Source: an uncultured Candidatus Saccharibacteria bacterium (GTDB taxonomy: Bacteria; Patescibacteriota; Doudnabacteria; UBA920). From it: a DNA stretch of 64,000 bases. Of the stretch, positions 1 through 8,911 are shown piece after piece. The first letter of the stretch is position 1, and every line of letters starts with the position of its first letter. The stretch lies in assembly GCA_964416765.1 (NCBI GenBank), contig CAYQEU010000002.1:78877-142876 (forward strand), written 5' to 3'. The notes under the pieces are model-generated. The model had not been told where the DNA came from. It saw only the letters and a program-made list of their open reading frames with translations, and did not search any database. A program made the position numbers and the translations under genes.

Positions 1-591
1 CTTTCCTGGCTTTTCAACAATCTCATCAATTTTAATAGTGCCGTCCTTAACTTCTTCGCCCGCAACATAGCCATAACGGCCGTAGTCCTCGGGATTGAAC
101 GCCTTGATTCCCGCCAGCACCGCGCTACCACCGAATTCTTCGTAAGTACTAATGAGTTGCTCACAGCGTGAAGGACTGGCTTCAAAGAAATCATCACCCC
201 ACAAAACCAGGAAGGGCTCGTCGCCAATTATATGCCTAGCGTTCCAAATTGGGGTGGCGTTGCCCATAGGCCCTTTTTGGCGAAGGAAGTAAAAATTAGC
301 CATGTTGGAGATCCGGCGGATCTCATCCAGTTCCTTTTGCTTTCCGGCCGCTTCCAAACGCTGTTCCAACTCAAAAGGATAGTCAAAATGGTCCTCAATA
401 TTGCGCTTATGCCAGCCACTGACGATGATAATGTCCTGGATGCCTGCCTTAACTGCGTCTTCTACTACGTATTGGATGATAGGCTTATCAACCACGGGCA
501 GCATTTCTTTGGGCTGGGCCTTGGTGGCGGGGAGAAACCGCGTGCCGAACCCGGCTGCCGGGATAATTGCCTTACGGACTTTTTTATTCAT
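1..591 (-). CDS. galU: UTP--glucose-1-phosphate uridylyltransferase (partial, C-terminus runs off the window)
   Basis: The reverse-strand translation starts MNKKVRKAIIPAAGFGTRFLPATKAQPKEMLPVVDKPIIQYVVEDAV, which carries the nucleotidyltransferase G-x-G-T-R motif. The ATG is at 591. Confidence 0.85.
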   Translation of the reverse strand, partial: MNKKVRKAIIPAAGFGTRFLPATKAQPKEMLPVVDKPIIQYVVEDAVKAGIQDIIIVSGWHKRNIEDHFDYPFELEQRLEAAGKQKELDEIRRISNMANFYFLRQKGPMGNATPIWNARHIIGDEPFLVLWGDDFFEASPSRCEQLISTYEEFGGSAVLAGIKAFNPEDYGRYGYVAGEEVKDGTIKIDEIVEKPGK

Positions 592-615
592 GACACTATT
601 ATACAATACTTTCTT

Positions 616-2124
616 TTACTCTCCCAACCGAAAATAAAGGGCTTCGGCGACATGCTCGGCGCCAATTACCTCGCTGCCCGCCAGATCCGCAATAGTGCGG
701 GCGACCTTATGGGTCCTCATTACGGCACGCGCGGACAATAAATACTTTTCCGCCGCTTTTCGCATTAGGTTGCTCCCCGCCTGGTCTAATTTGACAAAGC
801 AATTGATATCATCGTTGCTCATGCGAGAATTTAATTTGCCAATTCCGTACCTTCCCCTTTGCAGCTGCCGGGATTTTACCACACGTTTCCGCACTGTTTC
901 ACTGAAATCTCCCGTTGCTGTCTCCCCACCCATGCTAATTTCCTGAAACTCGACCCTGTTAATTTTTACCCTCAAATCTATCCGGTCCAACAACGGCCCC
1001 GATATTTTTTTCTGGTATCGTACTATTTCACGGGCCGCGCATTGGCACCTCGGGCTTCCATCACCATGGTATCCGCATGGACATGGGTTATACGCCGCAA
1101 CCAGCAAAAATTCGCTGGGGAATTTCACGGTATAGTGTGAGCGCGTTAAATTAACGAACCCTTCTTCAATGGGTTGCCGCATGGATTCCAATACGGTTCT
1201 CGAATATTCCGTAAGTTCATCAAGGAACAAAACACCTCTGTGCGCCAATGTAATTTCTCCCGGTTTTAGAACGGTACCACCGCCCACCATGGTGCTAAAC
1301 GAAGCCGTATGGTGCGGAGCGCGGAAAGGACGCGCGGTACATAGACCGTTCCACTCCCCGGCGACGGACTTGATATTGGTAACCTCCAAAGCTTCGTCCG
1401 CGGAAAGCGACGGCATAATCTTTGCGAGACTTCGTGCCAGCATGGTTTTTCCCGCTCCCGGCGGCCCAGAGAAAATTATATTATGGTTACCAGCGGCAGC
1501 AATTTCCAGCGCGCGTTTCGCAACCAACTGTCCGCCAATATTTTTAAAGTCGATTTCCGCCTCATTGTTGGCTCGCTGCTTATAAATAGAGGTGGGCGCT
1601 GGCGGACTCTCGAACTCAGAATCAAAATTACTAAAAAGTTGTTTTAAGTGGCTCAGCGGAATTACCTTTATGTTCCTTACCAGAAGAGCTTCCTCGTAGT
1701 TGCCCCATGGAACAAATAATTCTTTAAAACCCGCCTGGGCCGCTGCCAATGCCGTGGCAATTACACCGCTAACTTCCTTCACCGCGCCACTCAACGAAAG
1801 TTCCCCAATCAATAAAGGCCGCCGCACACCTTTCAGCGCCAGTTGTTTTGTCGCCACTAAAATACCCACGGCAATAGGCAAATCATAACGGGTGCCCAGT
1901 TTAGGCAAGTGGGCCGGCGCCAGGTTAATTGATATTCTGCTCACCGGATAGCGCATTCCGCTATTCTTTATGGCGGCTTTTACCCGCTCCCTGCTTTCCT
2001 GGACTGAGGTACCGGCCAGCCCCACTATAATAGTGGCGGGTAGACCGTTGGAAGTATCAACTTCCACCTCTATAATCCTCGCTTCCAAACCCAAAACTGC
2101 CGCACTAAAAAAATTAGCCACCAT
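616..2124 (-). CDS. comM: YifB/ComM family Mg-chelatase-like AAA+ ATPase
   Basis: 502 aa. The N-terminus is ComM-like, a Walker A motif GPPGAGKT is present, and the C-terminus is chelatase-like. Confidence 0.85.
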   Translation of the reverse strand: MVANFFSAAVLGLEARIIEVEVDTSNGLPATIIVGLAGTSVQESRERVKAAIKNSGMRYPVSRISINLAPAHLPKLGTRYDLPIAVGILVATKQLALKGVRRPLLIGELSLSGAVKEVSGVIATALAAAQAGFKELFVPWGNYEEALLVRNIKVIPLSHLKQLFSNFDSEFESPPAPTSIYKQRANNEAEIDFKNIGGQLVAKRALEIAAAGNHNIIFSGPPGAGKTMLARSLAKIMPSLSADEALEVTNIKSVAGEWNGLCTARPFRAPHHTASFSTMVGGGTVLKPGEITLAHRGVLFLDELTEYSRTVLESMRQPIEEGFVNLTRSHYTVKFPSEFLLVAAYNPCPCGYHGDGSPRCQCAAREIVRYQKKISGPLLDRIDLRVKINRVEFQEISMGGETATGDFSETVRKRVVKSRQLQRGRYGIGKLNSRMSNDDINCFVKLDQAGSNLMRKAAEKYLLSARAVMRTHKVARTIADLAGSEVIGAEHVAEALYFRLGE

Positions 2125-2162
2125 AGAGTTAATCTACAGTGGCCTGGATCATACAAAAATAA

Positions 2163-2597
2163 TTATTTTCTAAATCTTTCCTGAAGGCCGGGAAAGAGTT
2201 CGCCGGACAGCAACAGCATGATCCCAATAATTATCATAAAGTCAGCGGCGTTTAAAATTCCGCCGAACAAGTAAATATAATCGCGGACATAGCCGAGCGC
2301 TATTCTCTCCCCCACGTTGGATAGCGCGCCCGCTAAAACCAAGCTCCACGCAAATCGCTGCAAGTTATCCAACCGAGAATTTTGTCTTGCGATAAAAATA
2401 ACAACCGCCGCGAGTACTAAAAAATAAATTGTATAAATCAGCGGCAACGTCAAGCTGATGCTAAACGCAAAATCATAATTGCGAAATGGGTTCTGTACCA
2501 AAAATTTTATTATTTGGTCGAACGCAACCCCAAGCGCGACGAAACCAAAATAAAAACCGAAAAGCGTTTTGTTCTTTTCGGTTAGTTTTAAATCCAT
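2163..2597 (-). CDS. lspA: lipoprotein signal peptidase II
   Basis: 144 aa with four predicted TM segments and the LspA-like stretch GNxxDRxxxGxVxDF (ALGYVRDYIYLFG). Confidence 0.75.
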   Translation of the reverse strand: MDLKLTEKNKTLFGFYFGFVALGVAFDQIIKFLVQNPFRNYDFAFSISLTLPLIYTIYFLVLAAVVIFIARQNSRLDNLQRFAWSLVLAGALSNVGERIALGYVRDYIYLFGGILNAADFMIIIGIMLLLSGELFPGLQERFRK

Positions 2598-2600
2598 AAA

Positions 2601-2906
2601 TTAAATTGCTTTGTCAGCCCAAGGGATGGCGCGCAAACGAGCTTCGGAAATTTCTTTGCCGTCGTCGTCAGTTCCGTAAGTACCATCGGCAATCTTGGCC
2701 AAAGCGGCTTCCACTTTTTCCAAATCTTTTCGCAATACAGCCATGACATCCTGATTTACTTCATCGAGCTGAACTTCCTGCGCGTTCTCTTCGTAATCCT
2801 CGCCAAGTTCAGTATGGCTCTTCAACCCGGAAAGTTCGCGGGTTAATTCTTCTTTCTTGGCTTCTAAAGCCTGCTTCATTTCATCGATAAATTCCTGTGA
2901 TAACAT
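2601..2906 (-). CDS. DksA/TraR-family (YteA-like) protein that lacks the Cys4 zinc finger
   Basis: 101 aa with coiled-coil acidic helices and a C-terminal RLRAIPWA typical of DksA-like proteins. It contains no cysteines. Confidence 0.55.
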   Translation of the reverse strand: MLSQEFIDEMKQALEAKKEELTRELSGLKSHTELGEDYEENAQEVQLDEVNQDVMAVLRKDLEKVEAALAKIADGTYGTDDDGKEISEARLRAIPWADKAI

Positions 2907-3603
2907 ATTCGTCGGTTTAATTCCTATACGTCAATTATAACTGCCGCCCAAAAATTTTACAAAAAAAATAAGCGGCCATTAAGGCCCGTATTAAATATTG
3001 TTTAAAGAGGCTAATGGCCGCTCTAGAGCTCGATGCTTGAGCTACCTAACGCCTCACCTGCAGGGCCTTAACCTTTAAGACCCTAAACGTGGGGCATTAG
3101 ACAACATTTTCATCACATCGTGCTTTTCCCGGCCAAGATGGCACAGGGAGCGTCTGAACTTCAATCAGTTTCAAACTGAACTCAAAACTTCCCTTATGGT
3201 CCGAAGACCTAAAAACTTTGTTCTTTTTGTTTTGTTTTTGTTTTTGCAATTTTTGTGCCTTTTGAGGAGGCAAGAACCTACATTTGTTTTTGTTTTTCAG
3301 GCAGCCTGGATTGAAACAGGCTATGACGGAAAGTTAAGAGGAAAAATATACCCAAAACTCGAAGGGTAAAATTGGTTTTCGGTACAGATTTCCTCGGTCC
3401 AGTTTTTTTTATTTTGATTTCAAGGTGCGAATCACTTAACTAAGATTATATTACCAGAAATTTGGCCTAATGTCAATTATATGGCGTTGCGGTTTTAATT
3501 TTACTTGTAAATAAAACACTTTTCGAAGTTGCGGAATTTTTTTGTGAAAAATTTAATTAATTTTCCCAATAAATCCGCGTGTGGATAACTTGTTGAAAAG
3601 GTA
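2907..3603. other. AT-rich non-coding gap of about 700 bp with hairpins and T-rich repeats; its function is unknown
   Basis: No ORF of 60 aa or more. There is an inverted repeat gcggccatta...taatggccgc at about 2972-3014, and repeated tttgttttt motifs between 3230 and 3300. Confidence 0.4.
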
Positions 3604-5865
3604 CTAACTTTGTGGATTAATGGTAACAAAAGGTAATTTTTGTAAAGTTTCATACAAGTACCGGTCAGTGTCGTTATGAGGTGCGGCAACATATATCGTT
3701 TTGAGTCCTTCATGCAAACAAGTTTTGAGCATTCGCATGAGTAAGTACGCGTTTAGCACCGCTCCAATGTTGGGGAAACGCGGTTCCCAGTATTCCCGCA
3801 GGGCTTTAACGTAAGGATGGTTTAGATTTTCTTTAGGAAAACCTGTTATGACCATAGTTTTTGGCCGCAGACGTTTGCTTTCCTGGTTAAGCAGCAGCTG
3901 ACCGGTCCCAAGCAAGATACTTTCGGGTTTGATTCCAAAATTACGCAGGATTTTATTGCTACCGCCGGAGTACCCCTGGGCGTAAATGGTTGCGTACTGC
4001 TTTAGAGTGTCATATGTCTTGTTATAAAAGTCTTTGATTTCCTGGGTAGATCCCATGACTACTGCCGCGGGCAGATTCTCCGCACTCAATATATCAACTA
4101 AATTATTTTTATTTAGGTCGAGCGTCTGGAATTGAATGGAAAGTGCTGTTGTTTTACCTTTGTTTTCGCGTTTAAAGCCATCTAAACCTAAGCGCGCCAA
4201 TAAATAGCTCAGTACGGGCTCGCTGAAATCTTCGCTGGCTGACACGCCGACAAACTTATCCATAATCTTTTGGCTCTCCCCCAAGACGTGCAGAGGTTGG
4301 TTATAGAAGGCGCAATTTGTCGGGGTGGTCTCTATCCACTTAATATGGTCGGGGTCTATCTCAAAGAAAGATTTAAGTTTTTCCAGAGGGCGGCGCAATT
4401 CCGGAACATCATAGCCGAAAAACAGGTTGGTAATCTTATTTACGTAATTGTCAGCCGCTTCCCTGATATGGCGATCGGCCCGCGCGTTAAGCGCCAGGTC
4501 ATTTAAACCCACATAGTTATACTGGGCAAAATTTCTCTGTACCGTTAAGTTTACCAAACCGAAAAACAAATCAGTCGCAGTGATGGCCTGGTTTATTATT
4601 TCCATGGGAATACTAAGCTCGTTGGTTTCATTCCACTCCATGCTTCGGATGATATGCAAAAATCTTTGCCAACTTATGCGCCGTTCTTTTCCGGTAGACA
4701 AGTCCCGCTCGAACTCATGCACGCTTGAAAGAATAAGTTGGCGATCGGACAGTTGCGCGTTTTGTGACAGGTATGGCAATGACGGGAAATCCGTGGCGAG
4801 AACTGAGTGATTGTATTCGGGCTGTAGAGGACCCGGGGAAATATAATTTCGGAACTGCCCGCCAAAAAAAGTATGGTTTAAATCCAAAATAGTTTCATGC
4901 TGCCAGTTGGTATATTTCCATACCAAAATTTTTAGCGCGAAACGGATTTCATCCTGTGTTAAGTTCTCGCGCGCAAGGAAACGCTGAAACTTCTCTTCGT
5001 TGAACAAATCAGGCGGGGAGAAAATACCGTGAGCTTTACCCTGGCGCCATAATTCTAAAACTTTATTTTTGTCGGCCACTGCCAAAAGCGTTTTGCTATT
5101 ATCATGACCAACCGGAACTTTAAGTGGCGCAGTACCATAAGAAGCTAACGAAACAGTGTGGTCAGGAAAATCAGACTCGCTGGCCTCCACAAAATTAGAA
5201 AAATGTTTTTCTTCCTCAGTTTTTGTTATAGTTGGTTTGGTGTCCCCATTGAATAAGGGGGCCCATTCAAATCCCGCTGGCGCAACAAGTTTATTAAACT
5301 TTTCTTTTAACTCCTGGGGAAAGGTGTTGAAAGAAGCGATGAATTGCTCCAAAACTTTCACCACGGCAATGCTATCAGCCAAAGCTCGGTGCGCGTCAGG
5401 GTGAGGAATCTGGAAATAGTGCATCAGGTTTTCCAGATTATAGCTATGGTGCGTTGGGAGCATAAACTGCACCAAGTCCAGAGTATCTATAGTGCGGCCG
5501 GACAATTTAATTCCGAACGCTTCAAGAAAAGTGGCGTCTACTGTTATGTTGTGGCCCACTAATATTACATCACGGAGTTTTTCCTGCAGAAATTCACGAA
5601 AGTCGTTGAAGGAGGGTGAAGCGTCTAGCTCCGCCTGGGTTAGTCCCGTTAAGCCCAGGATTTTTGGGTGGACCAAAGAAGTGGGACGGAAAGTTTGGGT
5701 CCACTGCTCGGTTATCTCCAGCCCGGTAGCCGTAGGCTCGAAAATAACAAAACCCACTTCTAAAATGCTGTCCCGAGTGGGGTCGAAGCCGGTAAGTTCC
5801 AGATCTAAACTGCAGTAAAGGGTTTTAGCCATTTCGGTGGGTTTTATAATAGTTCCGCCTGCCAA
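3604..5865 (-). CDS. DnaQ-like DEDDh 3'-5' exonuclease domain fused to a C-terminal domain of about 570 aa with no recognisable motifs
   Basis: The N-terminus carries Exo I (CSLDLELTGFDP), Exo II (VGHNITVDATFL) and Exo III (HRALADSIAV) motifs. I found no Walker A or helicase motifs in the remainder. Confidence 0.7.
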   Translation of the reverse strand: MAGGTIIKPTEMAKTLYCSLDLELTGFDPTRDSILEVGFVIFEPTATGLEITEQWTQTFRPTSLVHPKILGLTGLTQAELDASPSFNDFREFLQEKLRDVILVGHNITVDATFLEAFGIKLSGRTIDTLDLVQFMLPTHHSYNLENLMHYFQIPHPDAHRALADSIAVVKVLEQFIASFNTFPQELKEKFNKLVAPAGFEWAPLFNGDTKPTITKTEEEKHFSNFVEASESDFPDHTVSLASYGTAPLKVPVGHDNSKTLLAVADKNKVLELWRQGKAHGIFSPPDLFNEEKFQRFLARENLTQDEIRFALKILVWKYTNWQHETILDLNHTFFGGQFRNYISPGPLQPEYNHSVLATDFPSLPYLSQNAQLSDRQLILSSVHEFERDLSTGKERRISWQRFLHIIRSMEWNETNELSIPMEIINQAITATDLFFGLVNLTVQRNFAQYNYVGLNDLALNARADRHIREAADNYVNKITNLFFGYDVPELRRPLEKLKSFFEIDPDHIKWIETTPTNCAFYNQPLHVLGESQKIMDKFVGVSASEDFSEPVLSYLLARLGLDGFKRENKGKTTALSIQFQTLDLNKNNLVDILSAENLPAAVVMGSTQEIKDFYNKTYDTLKQYATIYAQGYSGGSNKILRNFGIKPESILLGTGQLLLNQESKRLRPKTMVITGFPKENLNHPYVKALREYWEPRFPNIGAVLNAYLLMRMLKTCLHEGLKTIYVAAPHNDTDRYLYETLQKLPFVTINPQS

Positions 5866-6415
5866 TTAACATGAGCACAAACACTCCGTTGGTAAGGATA
5901 AGGGAAGCGGGAAAAAGCCAGGTTGCCAGGCTGTAGGAGCGCAGGGCAAACAGGGAAAAGACATATTTAATCGCGCTGAAGCTATACAGGCTGATGTTCT
6001 CTTCGTTGGGTTTCCGGTATCCTTTACGGTACGTGGGAATGAAACCAATTGCGTCTATTATAGTGACCACAACAACTGAAAAGGTGGGGTCATTGGTAAA
6101 CTTCCACACTATAATAGACAAAAACGCGGCGAGGAGCGTAAACCAGTCAAAACGGTCAAAATGACGAGTACCTTTTTTGAGGGCCAATATGAACACCACT
6201 AAACAGAGCAAAGCGCTGGACCCGACCACCCACGCGCCGATGCCACCGTGCTCAACCAAAGCCGCGGCAAAAGCGGTGCCCGTCAGGAAAGTCCAAACCA
6301 GCCAGGAAAACGCGTGCGGCTTGGTTTCATTTTTCAAGATACTGCGCAAATACGGAACGTAGCTTCCCAGGGAAATCACTATTCCAATAATTCCTAAAAC
6401 ACTTTTGTAGTCCAT
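5825..6415 (-). CDS. polytopic membrane protein, hypothetical
   Basis: 196 aa from MDYKSVLG onward, with 5-6 hydrophobic helices. The longer upstream extension looks like read-through. Confidence 0.55.
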   Translation of the reverse strand: MDYKSVLGIIGIVISLGSYVPYLRSILKNETKPHAFSWLVWTFLTGTAFAAALVEHGGIGAWVVGSSALLCLVVFILALKKGTRHFDRFDWFTLLAAFLSIIVWKFTNDPTFSVVVVTIIDAIGFIPTYRKGYRKPNEENISLYSFSAIKYVFSLFALRSYSLATWLFPASLILTNGVFVLMLIGRRNYYKTHRNG

Positions 6416-6547
6416 GATTATTTTGAAAAAATAAAAACCGCCCTTTGTGGTGGCGATTATTATCCTGAATCCCCGCTTTGCGTGTCGCAATTTACGGATC
6501 AACTTGACGCAATCATCATAACATCAGAGTGTGGTTACGTCAAGGTG

Positions 6548-6618
6548 TGGTGGACCTAAGGGGAATCGAACCCCTGGGGATTCAGTGTCAAGTTGATCCT
6601 CGCGACCGCGCTAGGCCC
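6548..6618 (-). other. tRNA-like 3' fragment or pseudo-tRNA. It has a T-arm plus acceptor with a G3:U70 pair and encoded CCA, but no canonical D or anticodon arms.
   Basis: The minus strand reads gggcctagcgcggtcgcgaggatcaacttgacactgaatccccaggggttcgattccccttaggtccacca. The 20-nt T-arm aggggttcgattccccttag is identical to the T-arm of tRNA-Gly at 37758-37831, and the acceptor end gtccacca matches the tRNA-Ala genes. Confidence 0.45.
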
Positions 6619-6657
6619 CCACGTCCTTACCGTAGCACAGGCATGCTCAAGAAAATC

Positions 6658-6692
6658 TAAAACAAAAGCGCCCCGCTTATGCGGAGCGCTGT
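6658..6692 (-). terminator. rho-independent terminator downstream of recA
   Basis: On the minus strand the hairpin agcgctccgc-ataa-gcggggcgct is followed by tttgtttt. Confidence 0.7.
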
Positions 6693-6703
6693 GAATTTTT
6701 GAA

Positions 6704-7777
6704 TTAATCCTGGTCTTCTTCGCCGTCGTCTTCAGCGAGCTTGTTCGGAACCTTTTCGCCACTGGAAATCTTTTCGCGAAGCGCTGTATCAACCTGCTTG
6801 GCGATTTCCGGATTGCCGCGCAGGAAACCTTTCGCGGTTTCGCGGCCAACACCGAACTTCGTTCCCTCAAACGAATATGAGTTGCCGCTCTTATCAATAA
6901 CCCCAAGGGCAAGCCCGGTATCAAGCAAGTCTCCAGCAGCCGAAATTCCTTCGTTGTACATTATGTCGAACTCGGCGACTTTAAACGGCGGAGCGACTTT
7001 GTTCTTAACAATCTTAGCCCGGGTGCGGTTGCCGATAATTTTATCGCCGTCCTTGATTTGGGCAATGCGGCGCACTTCAACGCGCACGGAAGCGTAGAAC
7101 TTCAATGCGTTACCGCCCGTGGTGGTTTCCGGATTGCCGAACATCACGCCAATCTTCATGCGAATCTGGTTGATGAATATAACGGTGGTGTTGCTCTTGG
7201 AAATAATACCAGTGAGTTTGCGCAAAGCCTGGCTCATCAAACGGGCCTGGAGTCCCATGTGGGAAGCGCCCATTTCACCTTCGATTTCCGCACGCGGAGT
7301 TAAAGCAGCCACGGAATCGATAACAATCAAATCCAACGCGTTACTGCGTACCAAAGTTTCCGCGATATCCAGGGCTTGTTCACCGCTATCCGGCTGGGAA
7401 ATCAGTAAATCTTCTAGTTTCACGCCAATTTTACGGGCATAATCCGGGTCTAATGCGTGCTCGGCATCAATAAAGGCCGCCATGCCACCGCGCTTTTGCG
7501 CTTCAGCAATCATGTGCAGGGTAAGGGTGGTTTTGCCGGAACTTTCCGGTCCGTAGATTTCAACGATACGTCCTTTGGGAATCCCGCCAACACCAAGAGC
7601 CAAGTCCAAACTGATGCTCCCGGTTGGGATGCTTTCGACGTTCATGGTATTCACGTCCGAAATTTTCATAATGCTACCGTCACCGAACTTGTCGCGGATC
7701 TGGTCCATGGCGCTTTCGATTGCGCCCAATTTTCCGCTGCCAGCCGGTGCCGCAGCTTTAGCTTTTGCTTTCGCCAT
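6704..7777 (-). CDS. recA: recombinase RecA
   Basis: 357 aa with [10 protein letters not shown] Walker A, full-length RecA-like sequence and an acidic C-terminal tail. Confidence 0.97.
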   Translation of the reverse strand: MAKAKAKAAAPAGSGKLGAIESAMDQIRDKFGDGSIMKISDVNTMNVESIPTGSISLDLALGVGGIPKGRIVEIYGPESSGKTTLTLHMIAEAQKRGGMAAFIDAEHALDPDYARKIGVKLEDLLISQPDSGEQALDIAETLVRSNALDLIVIDSVAALTPRAEIEGEMGASHMGLQARLMSQALRKLTGIISKSNTTVIFINQIRMKIGVMFGNPETTTGGNALKFYASVRVEVRRIAQIKDGDKIIGNRTRAKIVKNKVAPPFKVAEFDIMYNEGISAAGDLLDTGLALGVIDKSGNSYSFEGTKFGVGRETAKGFLRGNPEIAKQVDTALREKISSGEKVPNKLAEDDGEEDQD

Positions 7778-7794
7778 TTGTTTCCTTTCTTATC

Positions 7795-8838
7795 TTACTT
7801 ACTGTTCGACAGGAGTAACGAATCTTTGGTGAACGGAATGTTCAACCGCTCGCCGGAACGGCCGAGCTTCCCTAAGTTCTGGCCATTAAGCACTGCGCTT
7901 ACACTGCCGGCATCATTAGTCTGCAGATTGATGCTGGACTTTGCCGAAACTTCTTCAGTGGAATTCTTTTTCATGGTCTTCTGGTCAGGGGTGCCGCTGT
8001 CAGAAATAATGGTGCGAACCGTGTCTTTGGCGTACTTCAAGTGCAGTTGGAGGTCGCTGGAGTTGTTTCCAGATGTATCGCCAGATGAAGCGGTATTGTT
8101 TCCCGATTGGCCAGATGCAGAGGGGTCAGGATTTGCGGCCGAGCCAGTGTCAGTGGCCAAACTTTGCGGCGGCTGTACTACCACCAAAATTTGCCTGCTG
8201 GTCTGGCGGTCAAACTTGTTAGTGGCTTTGATGTCTAAAACTTTTTGGCCGGCCACCGCGCCCAAGGTAACGTTGAATTTGCCTTCGCCATCCACAAACA
8301 CTTCCTGGTCGTTAATGAGCACTGCTGTTCCCGGGTCAGTTTTGCCGGAGACCTTGATAGACCCGTCATTTATAACACTACCACTAGTAGGCTCAAGAAT
8401 TGTTAAAGTCGGGTCGCGGTCAATCGCGGCAACGGAAGCGGACAAATATATAACAATAGCCAAAACTCCAGTAACCCCTACAACGAGGGAGAGAAGTTTT
8501 GGCGTAATTATCATGCGAGAAAAGTACGCACGAAAGCCTTTGCTATTTTCTACTTCAGTTTTGGTGGCTTGCTCTAAAATTCCCCGCTCTTTCTGGTACT
8601 GAGCAACTACCTGATCGCAGGAGATATTATATAGAGCGGATAATTTGTTTAAAAACCCGATAATATAGACATCGGGGGGCAATTTATGAAAATCGCCTGA
8701 TTCTAACTGCTGTAAAAATTTTTCACCAATTCCAGTGGTGCGGGAAACTTCTTTGATAGATAAGCCAAGATGTGTCCTGACTTCATGTAAGTATTCGCTT
8801 AGGGTCTCAATTGCAAGCTTTTTTGTTTGAAATACCAT
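7795..8838 (-). CDS. rodZ: RodZ-like cytoskeleton-associated protein (XRE-type HTH, TM segment and C-terminal domain)
   Basis: The architecture is an N-terminal HTH (LGLSIKEVSRTTGIGEKFLQQLE), a single TM helix, an S/T/N-rich linker and a C-terminal beta domain. Confidence 0.65.
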   Translation of the reverse strand: MVFQTKKLAIETLSEYLHEVRTHLGLSIKEVSRTTGIGEKFLQQLESGDFHKLPPDVYIIGFLNKLSALYNISCDQVVAQYQKERGILEQATKTEVENSKGFRAYFSRMIITPKLLSLVVGVTGVLAIVIYLSASVAAIDRDPTLTILEPTSGSVINDGSIKVSGKTDPGTAVLINDQEVFVDGEGKFNVTLGAVAGQKVLDIKATNKFDRQTSRQILVVVQPPQSLATDTGSAANPDPSASGQSGNNTASSGDTSGNNSSDLQLHLKYAKDTVRTIISDSGTPDQKTMKKNSTEEVSAKSSINLQTNDAGSVSAVLNGQNLGKLGRSGERLNIPFTKDSLLLSNSK

Positions 8839-8911
8839 AATTTATCTAATGTTTCTCTCTGTTTTCTCCAATATTTAATGTACCAGACTGGATGTAAGCG
8901 GGCAAGCGGGC

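Noticed and set aside
232-1140. Plus-strand ORFs at 232-741, 401-637, 695-946 and 859-1140
   Set aside because: They lie antisense to the well-supported galU and comM genes, and their translations have no recognisable family.
2907-3603. Assigning the non-coding gap to RNase P RNA, tmRNA or SRP RNA
   Set aside because: Conserved cores such as GGAAAGTCCGG / ACAGNRA for RNase P RNA, the tmRNA tag terminus, or the SRP domain-IV consensus could not be found by eye on either strand. The region is left as unassigned.
6418-6703. tmRNA hypothesis for the tRNA-like element
   Set aside because: Only about 285 nt are available. I found no tag-peptide reading frame ending in a …AA stop, and there is no 5' sequence that could pair as a tmRNA acceptor. 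A pseudo-tRNA or recombination scar fits better.
6556-6924. A 122-aa minus-strand ORF spanning the tRNA-like element and the recA 3' end
   Set aside because: It overlaps recA in another frame and covers the tRNA-like fragment and the recA terminator. The translation is low-complexity and R/S/A-rich.
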